From NCBI RefSeq assembly GCF_009914755.1, contig NC_060930.1: DNA of 64,000 bases. One strand, 5' to 3'. This document shows, piece after piece, positions 29,166 to 44,757 of this stretch. The first letter of the stretch is position 1, and each line of letters begins with the position of its first letter. A program made the translations under genes and the position numbers. The notes below the pieces were generated by a model, which was given only the letters and a program-made list of their open reading frames with translations, was not told the origin of the DNA and did no database searches. This stretch comes from the human T2T-CHM13v2.0 reference genome, Homo sapiens.

Positions 29166-29905
29166 GCACTGATGCTATGCCAGGTGTGATTCGAAAACCC
29201 TCATGGGTATTAGTTCACCTGCACATGGTTATGTCGCTGTAAGACAGGCACTGTTTTTACCCCCGTTTTATGTTGGAGGCAACTGAGACACAGAGGTTAT
29301 TCAAGTTGCCCAGTGTGACATCATGGGGACATAGTGAGAGCTAGCAAAACCCATCAGCACGACCCTCAGGAATCTCAAATTCAACATGTTGAACTGAATG
29401 TTCTCATCTCTATGCCTCTCCTTATGCGCCAAACGTGCTCCTTCATCCATCTGAGGCCAGACATCTGTAAATCACCAATGACTACTTCCTTTTCCCTATG
29501 TAACATGTCAAACCTTCCCTGTCCCTTCACCTTTCTCACCTGCCACTCGCTCTACCTTCACTAGCAGCCACGTCACCCTCACGTTACTTTATTCCATTAC
29601 TACACACATTACTGCTGACCTGGTTTAACATGCCTACCGTCCACTTCTGGCTGCTCTCCTCTTGCCTCTGGCGTACCTCCCTTCTCGTCCATTCTCTATA
29701 CAGATGGCAGATTGCTCTTTAAAAATCTCCTATCGTTCTGTTAAACTTCTGCGATGGCTCACTATTTGTCTTCAGAATAAAGACAGATTCCACACTACTG
29801 CACAGCCAGTTCGTCAGGGGCAGACCTCGTCTACCCTGCGGCCACACCTCTCCTATCTGCACACAGCCACACTGGACCCTGCTTCCTGGGCTGCGGCCTA
29901 TCTCC

Positions 29906-30064
29906 TCTCTGAACTCACGCGCTGGCCCTGCGGGGACACACCTGCCTCCCTCCACTCAGCCACCCACCGCCGGCCTCTGCTTGTCTCTGAACTCACGCGC
30001 TGGCCCCGCGGGGACACACCTGCCTCCCTCCACTCAGCCGCCCACCGCCGGCCTCTGCTTGTCT
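29906..30064. repeat. 78-bp GC-rich tandem duplication
   Basis: Units start at 29906 and 29984, with 2 mismatches. Confidence 0.95.
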
Positions 30065-30602
30065 GGGTACTTCCTGCTCCTCTCTTAAGGCTCCTGTGTC
30101 CTCCCCTGGTATTCTCTGCACTCAACTTTTTGGCTTGCTTCCCCTTTTGTGGGCTGTAGCCACACCTGAGGACTCCCACCAGAGCAGTATTATCAAACCA
30201 TCATTTGATCACCCGAATATGTGTATTTTCCATTCAGTTATAATCTCTAGAAGTAAAGTACAAGTTTTATTTTTATATCCCTAGGATAAAACAAACATGT
30301 GCTCAATAAATGCTTACAGAGGAAGGACTAAAAATTGCTGTCTGAATCAATGACCAGTATTCTTACTACTCAGAGAGGTGGTACAACACCCCATGGGCAG
30401 GCCTGGCTTTGCACAGTGTGCAGGGCTATGACAGGGGCTGTGCAAGCTAAAATCCAGCAAGACCATCTAATAATCAATGGGAAAATTACATTTGTTCTGT
30501 GATATCCAAAAACGTTTGTTGAAACATTAAAAACTCACTTATTGTTGGTTACGAATGAATAACAATTTTTTAAAGTACAACTAATATTTAATATACAATT
30601 TA

Positions 30603-31671
<1,069 letters not shown>

Positions 31672-32740
31672 TAAAACATCAGAAACATTTAAAATTAAAG
31701 CGTCATATTTCTTTGTAGAAAAACTTATCAAGAGTGTTTGCCTTCTTTTTTGTTGTAATATTTACAATATGAATCAAGACTCTTTTCTGTGCTCTGACAG
31801 ATTATCCTGCTCCTTTCTAAGCGTGAATCAACTTCTGATATTTTTTCCTTTGCACCGTCCACATCATGAAACATCTCTGAGGTTCTCTGAGCATTGCTTC
31901 CTTTGGGACATCTCATGCTTTTCTTCACATTTGCTCACCTTTGTTGGGAAGTTCCCCTCCACTGAGTTACTCTTGAGTCTCAAAGACAGGAGGACCTACA
32001 TCCCCACAGCCAGCTATTCCTTCCGTCACTCTCCATTTGGTGGATTTGCGTTTCACTTCCAGTGTTAGAGCTTCCTGGTTTTTGATGCACTTTCATCTTT
32101 ATCGACCAATCCCTTCCCGATCATCCATTTTTGTAAAATGTCAGGAGGGTTTGTCACTGGGAGATAAGGAGGTAGCACAACTGCACACTTTGCTGTCTGC
32201 TGAGAACTGGTAACAGACGTACAGTGACTATCGCTGGTGGCCTTGAAGGAGGCAGTGTGGCTGATCATCCAGAGCACCTGTCATTTACACAGCGACGTGT
32301 GAATTAAAGGGCTGGAGGGGAACTGTACTTTATGCAGCTATGGTGACTGCCCTGTGGGAACCGCAGTTCTCCACGGTGTTGCTGGGGGACGGCTGTCATG
32401 AACTGAACCGTGATGACTGAAACCTGCGCCTATCAAAACCACACACACAGCACGGCCTGCCTGCAGTTCAAAGCACAAGTCTGGAGCCATATTTCTGGAT
32501 ATAAATTGCAGCTCTGCTACTTACTACTTACATAACCTTACATGGCTCAATTGATCTTCTGGGCTTTAGTTTTTTTCATCAATAAAGCGAAGATAACAGC
32601 ACAAACCTCAAAGTGTTGTTGTGAGGACTAAATATACCTAGATAGTTTCGAGCAACACCTGCCCTGCAGTAGGCCCTCCACAAGCGTGAGCTACGACTGC
32701 CACAGCTACTGCTACAAATACTTACACAGCATGTCTACAC

Positions 32741-32912
32741 CTGCACTGTCTAACACAGTAACTACCAGCCACACGGGACTATTTCAATTTAAAGCAGAAT
32801 TAATTAAAATTAAATAAAAATTTAAAACTCAATTCCTCAGTTGTACTAGTCACATTGGAAGTGCTCAGTAGCTACATTTTCATCATTGCAGAAATTCTAT
32901 TGAACAATGCTG
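32741..32912. mobile_element. MER3/MER33-type hAT-Charlie MITE
   Basis: ctgcactgtctaa...attgaacaatgctg termini; aattcctcagttgtactagtcacatt..gtgctc core. Confidence 0.7.
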
Positions 32913-35308
32913 TTCTATATATTTGAAACAGGTAAGAACACAGAGTTGAATATGCAAATTTGATGTAAATAAACTAATAGTCATCATTGGCTTGAAATCA
33001 AGAATAAGTTATTAAGTTCAAACACAGACATGAGAAACACATATCATGAAAACAAAAAACAATTTCTTTTTTTTAACAATTTCAAAAGAAAGTGTCAAAA
33101 CTGATAAACTCTGAATAAATGACCTAAGTTTCCTGCAGCCAACAGTATCCTTTAGAAACTTAGCTTAAAAGTCAGAAAGATTGCCCAATTTAAAAAAAAA
33201 TCTTTTAAAAAAACTGAAGAAATATCCATATACATTAGTATATAATTATACATCAGGTAAAAAGCATTAGTAATCATCTAAGTGAAGTAAATGACACTCA
33301 TACTCATTTATGCTTTCCTTCCTTTCTACAACAAAATAAATTCAATTTTCAACAGAACTGACTGAATCTTTGTGACTTTAGTTCTGTTTTCACCAGTTCT
33401 GCAGTACTGAAGTCTGATAACTACGAACCCGCCTGGGCGGGACTCTCTCGGGGCCAGAGCTGCATCCCCTCCGGCTTTGCTCCCAGGCTGGCTTAGCACG
33501 GGGCTTGACACAACCAGAGTTAAATAAACGTCTGTCAAGTTGACCTGAATTAGGAAAAACATATCCTAAGACAGCAATCAACATCATGTTGTTAAAAAAT
33601 GTTTCTAGAAAAGGGGGAATTGTTATAAAGAAATGTATTTTAGGGAAATTTTAATAGCAAAAAGTCCTGACGAATGGTCTCATAAAGAAGTGACCATTTA
33701 TATTAAGCTGAACTTTATCCAAAAAGAGCAAACTTCAATAGAAAGTTAATACGACACTTTTCTGGAAAAAAAAATTCATGGTTATAAAGGAATATATGGA
33801 AAAAGGCAATTTTTAATACCCCAAGTCCCAAGGGACGATTTCTCAAACTACTGCTTCAAAGAAATAAAAAAAATCACATTACCACACTATGGTAAGCCTA
33901 ACACATGAAACAGACCCTAGAATTTCCCAAACCGGAACAAGGATCTCCTTCTCTGATACCATCATATACTTACTATGTCAACTGTTCCTATAAGCCACCT
34001 TTTTAAAATTACTGAAGTAAACATGTTTTTTATACAGATATCATAGTTTGATAACTTCTCCAGGGCAAATAACATCCTTGAGTAGAAAATATCCTTCCAA
34101 GATCTTAAAATGTCTGACTATGCTAATATAGAAACAGCTTCAATAAGTGTTTGAGTTAAATTCAGAATATCTTCATTTTAACAACATTGGTGACTTGGTT
34201 CTCAAAGATAAAAACAAGGGAAGATCTCAGGGCAATTAAGTAATAATAATCAGAGGAAAAAATTAAGTGCTGTTAAATTCCTAAATTTAGAATGAAATCC
34301 AAGTCCTCAAATGCTACTACCAAGAGAACACTTCTTTCTAGAAAATGCTTTCTTTTAGGGATCACTCAGGTTTGTGAAAAGATATTCACATACAGGCTCA
34401 GAACGTTCCACCCACGGGACTCACTTAAGCCGGAAGGGCAAAACTAGCTTCACATCACAGCCTTAAATTCACAGAATTTTTAAAGATCTGGTGTGAGGTT
34501 TTTTCATTCTTCCAATGATTCTTAACTCTACTTCCTGATGAGATTGTACATTATATTTAAACCTAAGGAGATGCCCATGGGCATTCCTATCAAATGTAAA
34601 CTATAGTTGTGAAAAGATTTATTTTAAATGACTTATTTTTAAGCCACTAACATCATAGTAAGGATTAATTCATCTGATCACTTTCTTCTAAATCAGCAGG
34701 ATAAGTAGCTGGGACCTAGGACATCAGAAAAAGGACAGACAAGGGACGTGGACAGAACTCAAAACTTTGCACATAGCCATTTTCCCTGGGCCTATAATTT
34801 TTACAAAATATCTCAGATTTAGACACCTTCTTAAATAGCCAGCTGCCTTAAATTCTTTTTTAGAAAAAGGCAAGTTATACACAAATAAATGACCCCTAAG
34901 AATCTGTTACTCTTGTGGCTGAGGTTATTTGCATTAATGCTGGGAGACGCCTGATGATGGCTCCTCCACGTTGCTGGTCAGTGACAATCCTGGCTACTGC
35001 TTCAGTGCTTTCCTCGCTTTGAAGATGCTGTTTATATGCTGGTTGGTTTTAGGGTAGGAAACTTTATTTCTTAAGAAGTATATTGGATTGTTTTCAAATT
35101 ATGATTTCTCATAAATAAAATGCAAGCAGAAACAGAACATTCATTTTCAATGTTTCTATTCTCCTTTGTGTTCATTAAATCACTACTATTTAGAAATAAA
35201 TAGTAAAATGCAACTTACTGCCTTGTCCCGCGATATCAGGTCCAAGAACTAATTTTAAAGCATGTTGTAAAATCCATAAATAGTTCTGGGTAGTAGGACA
35301 AAACTTAC

Positions 35309-35389
35309 TGTTCAGAACATTCTCCAGTTTCTGCGTCATGGATCCTTCTACTTTTTCCGTTCCATCTGCTTCTAGTTTTTGATGGATGG
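35309..35389 (-). CDS. EXOC2: EXOC2 exon 7 (81 nt; [27 protein letters not shown])
   Basis: ttttctag| acceptor, AACA|gtaagt donor, phase 1-1. Confidence 0.97.
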
Positions 35390-35686
35390 CTAGAAAAAAA
35401 AATCTAGTTAAAATGTAGGCCATTTTAATGGGTGGAGATACATTAAATCAAAATGATATTTTTAAACAGCTTTTTAAAATGGTCATATTATTTTCACTGC
35501 TGAAAAGCAGCAAAAACATGCTACCCTGTACAAGGTACCCAGCAGACACCAGTCTAAGTTATTCACAGTTTAACACTATTAAAATAGTACCTAACACACA
35601 TAATCATCTGTCTTCAAGAACAAGTGGTAAAAACAGTTGAATTGAAAAAGAAAAGGGAGACTTGAGGCATCCTGGGTCTCATTACA

Positions 35687-35901
35687 CAGGTTGAGTATCT
35701 CCAATCCGAAAATCCAAAATGCTCCAAAATCTGAAACTTGAAGCACTCACATTACATTCAAAGGAAATGTTCATTGGAGCACTTCACATTTCAGATGTTC
35801 AGATTTGGGATGTTCAACCAGTAACTAGGTAATGCAAATATTTAAAAATCTGAAAAAATCTGAAATCTGAAACATTGCTGGGTCCCAAGCATTTCAGATA
35901 A
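35687..35901. mobile_element. Tigger4a (MER46-type) MITE
   Basis: caggttgagtatc...aaaatgctccaaaatctgaaac...ggtcccaagcatttcagataa. Confidence 0.8.
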
Positions 35902-36282
35902 TTGGTCAGAAAATTCTGAGTAAATTCGGTTCTCAAATGCACTATGAATACACACTCAATGCCTGCTAATATCTATCTCTCTGCTCCTTTTAGTTTCTAA
36001 TTATGATCTTGTTATTTTTCATCTTTTTTTCTTTCTGTAAGCCACCTCAAATTTTCTTTGAAATTCTAAAATAAACAGACTGCTCCTCTATCAAAGAAAC
36101 ACATTCAGAGAAAGAAGGAGTATATTTGGGGAAGAACCCAGCTACTGCAGTTGAATTGTCTTGGTTGACTTGGAGTGAGGAGAAAGTAATTTCTGTAATG
36201 TTTCAAAATTTGAATTGTGTGGTAACAGTGACATAAGATGTTTCTACATACCAAAGCTGAAACTGGGGTTCAACTTACTAAG

Positions 36283-36423
36283 TGAAACGGAAAGGAACTT
36301 CCTTCCCTCTCTGTAAGGAAAGGAGATGGACTATGCCTAAGCATTAGAAAGCTGAAACGGAAAGGAACTTCCTTCCCTCTCTGTAAGGAAAGGAGATGGA
36401 CTATGCCTAAGCATTAGAAAGCT
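36283..36423. repeat. Perfect 70-bp tandem duplication
   Basis: Units start at 36283 and 36353, no mismatches. Confidence 0.96.
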
Positions 36424-37371
36424 AAACTGGAAAGACTTCCATGCTGCATGTGTGCAGATCTGCTCTCCCTCTTGGTTTAAATGCTGCTGTGATGTTCTGA
36501 TAGTCCTGGCTGAGAAGGACACCTGGCACCCACTGCAGCTGCACCGAGTGGGCACCCACTGCAGCTGCAATGAACAGACACTGCGCTGAGATGTCACACC
36601 CCACAGTAGCCCTGCTCCACAGGTTGCTTTCTAAGTCAAAATTAGCATTAAAGGAAATCATGTAGCCACATTTTCTGATGCTGACAAAACCCATCACTGA
36701 TGAGCAGGTCAAGATGAGGTGACCCTGGCCCCCCGGCTCAGTTTACAGCCCTTTTTGCTGACAGACTAACTTCCTCCGCCCATCTCCACCACAGCAGAGC
36801 CACTGCCAAGCTGTCAGCCAAGCATGAGGACTGAGAGACACTGGGATCTGATAAAGGCAATCCTATTTTCCAGAAAATTAAACCAAATAACCCAATGTCT
36901 GGTTCACTTGACCTTTTATTTTCTCTGAAAACATCTTTAAGTAGAATAACTCAATAAGCAACTTGGTACATGATCATAGGTTTGTTATTGTTTCTAATCT
37001 ATTAAAACTTAAATATGTGAAGCAGTTGAACATTATAAGTTTGTATTTGAGAAACAAAAAAAAGTATGTACAACAGTACTTCTCAAAGAAAAATCAAGGT
37101 TATAGAAAGACTGCCTATTACTTCACTACAATTATTTGATCATTTTAACACTCAAATAAAATGTAGATATCAAATTTGCAATTACAATAAGAAATTCATA
37201 ATATCCATCCATGCATTTATGTAAATATCATTGTTAAACGAGGCACCAAGGAATAATGTCTGTGTAGGGTAGTATCTAAAGGATCCAGTGTTGGGCACAG
37301 AAGCATGTATATGCTCTAACCAATCTATGTTAATGCTAGCCTGTGTGAGACAGGAATATTCAAGCCAGATG

Positions 37372-37552
37372 ACAGATGAGCAAACTATTGCTATGAAGAA
37401 CCAAACAGTCAACACTTTAGGCTTTGTGGGCCACATACGGCCTCTATCACATATTCTTCTTTTTTTGTTTTTAGCATGGGAAAACACAGCCATGCTTAGC
37501 TCCCGGCCTGTACAAAGGCTGTGGCCTAATTTGGCTCACATGCTGACCTCTG
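37372..37552. mobile_element. MER58A-like hAT-Charlie MITE
   Basis: gcaaact...ttaggctttgtgggccacatacgg...atttggc..gctgacctctg. Confidence 0.7.
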
Positions 37553-38962
37553 AGTAGGATTATATTTACTAAAGTAGGAGAAGAGGAAGGGTTAGTGTAA
37601 GATGCATTAATATTTTAAATTGATAGAGAGCCCTTCAAACATTTAGTTTCTATTTCTTATTTTACCAAACTTTTATCAGAGTAGACAAATCATATATAAA
37701 TTATATTTAAACTGGTTACGTAATCTGTGGTTCCTTTTCTTCCCAAATTATACTAAAGAAAATAAACAAACAGTAAAATAATTGCAACTATTACACAGAA
37801 GAGTAACAGGAATGATTCTCACTTAGATAACTGAGTCCCAGAAAATGATACCTACCTGAATTATCTTCATACATCAATAGACACTAACAACAGAATGTGT
37901 CAAAAAATCAATTACGGCTCAAGCCACACAGAGTTAAGCAGCAGCAATAAAAGGAACAGGGGAAGGAAGACAAATAAGACAGAGCGCAGGGAGGAACACG
38001 CGTAATTTAGTCTGTTTCGGCTTTTTACCCCAGTGTACCATAACGAATATTCACTCACACAGTTTTGACCCACAGTTGTTCTTGAAAGGGGCAAGCGATA
38101 ATGCTGGACTTGCCGCTAAAAACAAGAGATTATACAGGTCACTAAATGCACAAGCTCAAGGGGCATTCAGGGAAATCGCCACCAAAACAAAGGAGGTGCC
38201 CAGAGGCACCAAGGAACTCAGGAAGGCCTTTCACACTACAAACAGCTCCAGGAACCTCACCACCACCCAGGAGGACCAGCGTGAGCAGTATCTGCTAACA
38301 ACCCACAGGTCACTCCCACTTCAAGGGAACAGAAGGGAATGACAGAGGGAAGGCCATGGCAAAATGAAGTCTGGTGCTAGAAACATTTTTGCAGAATAAA
38401 GAAAAAAAACTGTACTAAACATACCAAGGTTGCTATTGGCAGGTGTTATGCCAGACACACTTCTTGTCAAGTTCTAATTAAAATACCTGTGGGGACACAC
38501 AGGAAGAAACAAAACCGACAATGGCATAAAAACTTAAGGATGAACAAAAGCTACTAATGGAATACCGGGTTGGGATGGACTGAAAAAAACCAGACTTGGA
38601 CTGGGTATGAAATAGTCCACTGGATGGAACTGAAGAATGCAGATGATGTAAAAAAAAGAAAGAAAGAAAGAAAAAAACAACAAAAAAAGAGCAGAGAAGG
38701 GCTCTGATTTGTACCTGTCCCCTGTGCCCAACACTGGAACACAAGGATGGCACAGACCAGAAACATTTTCCAATGTTTCCATAACCATCTTCAGGACTAC
38801 AGTTCTGTTCCCCCATTTTTCTTAACCACACAGCTCGTTTCCTTTGATAACCATTTGGAGAACAATTTCCCCACATCCCAGAATGGCAGGAAAACAGAAG
38901 GAAACCGGGAGGAGGCATCCACTGCTGGTCAACTCAGAGCAAAGGCTCTCAGAATAGTATTT

Positions 38963-39135
38963 GGATAGCATCAGGAGATATACCTAATGTTAAATGATGA
39001 GTTAATGGGTGCAGCACACCAACATGGCACATGTATACATATGTAACAAACCTGCACGTTGTGCACATGTACCCTAAAACTTAAAGTATAATTTAAATAA
39101 ATAAATAAATAAAATAAAATAATAAAAAATAAAAA
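38963..39135 (+). mobile_element. Short 5'-truncated L1PA (about PA3) 3' end with (taaa)n tail
   Basis: ggatagcatcaggagatatacctaatgttaaatga...ccctaaaacttaaagtataat. Confidence 0.92.
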
Positions 39136-39268
39136 TCCTGCCACATGTAGCAACACAAGACACATGCCAAAAGAAAAATTTCTAAAAGGTTACAAAGAAT
39201 ATTACAAATAATATATCAAGCCAATGTACATAAAAGGAAGGGTATAAAATATTAATATCATGTTATTA

Positions 39269-39811
39269 TGCACCGAAGAATTTAATCTTGCCCCCCAAAA
39301 GGTCTGGCCTTTGTCCTTAGGTCCTGGGAGGTAATCTCTAAACTCTTGAAATGTTCTGCCTGATAAGAGTGTCTTTGTTTGCCTGTGGACCACGGGCCAC
39401 ACTAGATAATCTAACAATGGAATTTACGGTGAGGACTTAGGGTCACTCAATATCAGCCTGATCTGAGGGAATGAAGATTGAAGTCGGCCTTGACCATGTC
39501 CATGTGACGGGGCCGTACTACAGACTCCGGATCTGGACAACAAGGTTTGGGGAGCTTCCTTGGCTGCAAGTACTCCATGTGTGTGGCACGGACTGTTACC
39601 AGGAAAGTCAGTGCTGCCTGCAATTCCACTGGGAGACTACTGGAAGCTCCATGGATGAAAATTTCCTAGACCTGCTCCATGAATCTCTATCCCTGGCTGA
39701 CTATAACCTGTAATTTCCCTGTAATGAACCATAAGTCTGAGTACAACAGCTTTCACTGAGTTCTGTGAGTCCTTCTAGCAAAACACCAAACTGAGGGTAA
39801 TCTTGGGGACT
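39269..39811 (+). mobile_element. MER21C-like LTR
   Basis: aagaatttaatcttgccc..aggtctggcctttg..ctgggaggtaatctctaa...ctgagttctgtgagtccttctagc. Confidence 0.75.
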
Positions 39812-40396
39812 ACTTATAAATATATTATCATCAAGAGAATCTAAACCATCAAAAGTGACAAAGTAAATACATGCTTTACATATGAAGAAAAGCCGACAGA
39901 ATCCAAATTAAAGAAAGAGATTTGTCTGTCATGTTTAATATAAATAAGCTATATTTAAATAATATAATCAATCAGGCATTGATACTATATCAAATAGTGG
40001 ACCCTGAAGAAACCACATCCGTCCGTCCTTTTTAATTTTTGGCATACTTACAAAAACTTAAATATATATTAAGAAACATATTCTCTGTTCACAATACTAT
40101 GAGAACAGAGACTATGAAAACAAAAATTTACTAAAAACTACTAAGGAGGAAAATTACAATTACACATTTTAAAAACACAAAAAAGATATCTCTGAAGAAT
40201 CAATGTTAAAAAAATCACACAGAACATACAAATACTAAACAGATAACGAAAGGGCCTATAACATGAATTTTAAATGATTTAAAAATTAGAATGCAATGCT
40301 AATAAAACATGAAAATCTTAATAGAGAATTTCAGGGAAAACAAACCAAAATAAAGCAGAGACAGTAGAGGTTTGAAAAGTATATGTGGGTGTGGGG

Positions 40397-40399
40397 GTG

Positions 40400-40430
<31 letters not shown>

Positions 40431-40440
40431 GTATACATAC
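40397..40440. repeat. (TG)n microsatellite with TA-rich tail
   Basis: Read directly. Confidence 0.9.
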
Positions 40441-40585
40441 ATATTTATCTATCTGTCTCACCTGTTCGTTCCCAGTCCCCCCTTGAAGCTACTGATCCAC
40501 TGCAGTGTCTGTTCAGGAGACCCCAGACACGAATGCACTCCTGCCTGGTGTGATGAAACAGGAAGCACAGCACTATCCATGCCTA

Positions 40586-40996
<411 letters not shown>

Positions 40997-41534
40997 TTAA
41001 AAGAGGCTTAAGAGATTTAAAAATTAAGTGAAATGCCTGAATTTTATTTGAATCTTGATTTGGACATATCACCTATAAAAATAAAGTTTGGGGATAATTT
41101 GAGAAATCTGAACTGGGAATGAGATGATATTAAACAATTATTGCTAATTTGGTTAACTATGATAATATCATTGTGATTATGCACATAAATGTCCTTGCCC
41201 TTACTTGGGAGATTATACTTTCATCTCCACTTTTCACATTTCAAAATTTTCATAACAGAAAAGTAAAAACAACTTACCCGAGCAACTTTACATATCAGCT
41301 CTGTCAAATTTGAACCATGTAATTCCTAGTCTACATAGTCCACTGACAATAGTGGATCTCTCTGTGTTGCTCTATGTGCTGTCAGTGGTAATTTAGAGAG
41401 AAGAGCAATAAGCACAAATAAAGAATGGCACACCATCAAGAAACATAAGGCACACATATTTATCAGGAAGAGCACCTACCTTCTCTGTTCCCTCTTAGAC
41501 ATTCACATTTTACCCCTTCAAAAACCTAACTTCT

Positions 41535-41837
<303 letters not shown>

Positions 41838-41897
41838 CTAACTTCTACCTGCAAGGAAGAAGCTGCATCACATACACTGCATCACATACACATTTAA

Positions 41898-42164
<267 letters not shown>

Positions 42165-42924
42165 TAATAAAAGAATGTCTATACTTTAGGAATAAAAATA
42201 ATTTTTAAAATTTACCTTCCTGAATTGAAGAAGATGTGGCCTCAATGCATGGTTAGAGTTATGGATACTTAAGCTATATGGGTATTTAGTTTTAAGTATC
42301 TTAGCTATTAAAAAGAATTGAGTTAACTTTTATTGATATAGATTACTTTTTACTAAATAGCAATAATTAAACTTTCATTAATTAAAAGCAGTTTTATAAA
42401 AAAAAAACTCTACCAACATCTTGCATTAAAATGTCTAAAGCTATGACATCTGTACTCCATACAACGTCCCTCCCATACACAGATGGCACAGTGACAGCTA
42501 CCTGCGTGCATACGTGGGCGCCTGTGCGATAAGGGCTGAAGAGACTGGTATCCTATCATCAGCCTTTCCAAAGTGAACACACAATGGGTTGCATTTATAG
42601 AATTAGTCACATATGTAAGATATTGGTGGTTGTGCATTGGGATTTAATTTCGTATCAGCCCTGGAGTGTGGACATCACAGAGAGTTAAAGTAGTCTCCCA
42701 TTTCACACATGTAAGATGGGTTAACAAAAGCCGCAGAGATAAATTTTTAAAGTACCAAGTCTTCAAAGAGATGCCAGCCTACTCTGCAACAAATATTTAT
42801 AGCACATTTGAGATCTCTACTTTGATAAAAACAGACCGAGTGTCACACCCTGTAAACACCCTGCAGGCAGTGCCGGGTTTCCATGGCGGAAGCTGCCAGC
42901 AGATGGCTCTGAGGATCGCCTTAC

Positions 42925-43049
42925 CTGAGAGGGCATCCTGTGCTTCGAAGAATGTACTGAGACCGCCTTTCACATAGGCCAGGCTGCCCTCACTCTTCTT
43001 GTTAGCCTGTCTCTTTAGGTTGGTGACTGCCATTTTGAGCTGCTCAAAA
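42925..43049 (-). CDS. EXOC2: EXOC2 exon 6 (125 nt; [14 protein letters not shown]...QDALS)
   Basis: atttcag| acceptor, TCAG|gtaagg donor. Confidence 0.97.
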
Positions 43050-43799
43050 CTGAAATGAAATAAAGAAACCAAAGTTTGACACTTCTAACATGCAAGAAAG
43101 AAAAAATAATTCCTTCAGTGGAGAACACTAAATATGCTAAAACCGATGCTAAGTAGCACACAGATTAATATCATACGAAGCCAGATGAAATCAAAAAGCT
43201 TTCAAATTGTTGCGTAGATCTAAACCTTTTATTTATTATGAATGCCTAAATTACAACAGCTACAAGACTTTCGGAGCCCTCGATGGTAATTCCAAATACA
43301 TTAGACCCCTAAGAAGTAAATGTGTAGATGTTTTTATAACCTATATATAATATATACAATTTACCAGATAAAGAGTTTTGAACATCCTGTACTAGGTAAG
43401 AAGACACAGATCATCCAGTGATAGACAACATTTCAAAGATGGAACTGCTTTGTACATTCACTGAAGCATTGTGGAACACTAAGCATAATGTTATACTTAT
43501 CAGTATCCAGTCCTCTGTCCTTAGTCATAAAATTACATGAATCCTGTGGGTCGATTCACAACTTAAATAACTAGGAAGACCACAATATCTCATCTCAATA
43601 TCTAAAGCAGAGAAAACTAAAGACAGGCCTCTGTATTTCAGAAGTTTTATGTCCATTTGAGCTAAGAAAATCCGGCTATAAAACTTTAAACGTATTCTTG
43701 ATAGACCTACACAAGAAACAGAGCTCAATTCTGACTTATAATAATAGAAATTCTACATCTGTAATGTAAAATCAGAATCATCTTCTACAATGAAAAAAT

Positions 43800-43942
43800 T
43801 CATCTTGGACATTTGCTTTAAAAAGCAATCAGGTTAAATTTACCCTATGTATTAAAATGCCAACCTTTCCTCATCTTGGACATTTGCTTTAAAAAGCAAT
43901 CAGGTTAAATTTATCCTGTGTATTAAAATGCCAACTTTTCCT
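43800..43942. repeat. 71-bp tandem duplication
   Basis: Units start at 43800 and 43871, 3 mismatches. Confidence 0.95.
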
Positions 43943-44643
43943 GATGTTTTCTAGTAATGCTTTTCACCCTAATAAATGAATGAAACATTTATATTAAGGT
44001 ATATTTTAACACACTAATTTATCAATAATTTAAGTTTTAAGCAATAAACCATTGATTTATCCAAACATTTTTTGCTGAATATAATTATTTTAAATCAATC
44101 TTGCAAATAAGCTACAAACTTGCTCTTGTACAGAGTAAAATGTAATTAGAAGACAGAAGGGAACCTTCAAATTGGATATATGACCTTGTCTACTTTTTTG
44201 CTAATTTTAAGCCAGGTCCTTACATGATGATAAACCAACTCATCTTCCTTTGCCCTATGGTCAGAGAAGGCAGTGTGTTCCATGTTTTACCCCAGAACTT
44301 AAAATTTTTATGTTATTTGAGTAGGGAGAGATCACATTCATACATGTCAGTTTAAGTCCCCAGCTAAGGCTCCATAAATTTTTAATAACCTGCACCAATA
44401 ATGAAATATATTGAACATAAAATGACAGTAGGAAATGAGAGACCTCTAAAGAATCATCCCATTGCACAAACAGGGAAACAGACACCCTGAGATGTTCACG
44501 GGTAAACGCAAAGTCAAAGAGCTCGCAGACCTAAAACCATGTAACTGTATGCAGAGCCAGACCTAAAACTCGAGTTACCGTGTAATTCCATCTTTAGCAT
44601 CTGAGTGAAACCCTTCACAGTTGACAGTCCCATATCCACTAAC

Positions 44644-44757
44644 CTGGTGTTTGAGTGATTCTCTATAAGATACCAGGCTGCTGAGAAATTCTCACTTGTA
44701 AAATCAGCACTCATTCCATGGAATAGCATTTCTAAGTCCTTCTGCGAAAATTTACTT
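44644..44757 (-). CDS. EXOC2: EXOC2 exon 5 (114 nt; SKFSQKDLEMLFHG...ENHSNT)
   Basis: ttcccctcag| acceptor, CCAG|gttagt donor, phase 2-2. Confidence 0.96.

Noticed and set aside
29662-30179. 165-aa ORF with a 26-aa repeat
   Set aside because: Arises from the 78-bp duplication; non-ATG start and no recognisable protein features
31728-31928. ORF KEKISEVDSRLE...
   Set aside because: Resembles decayed old L1 ORF1 coiled-coil sequence; too degenerate to call
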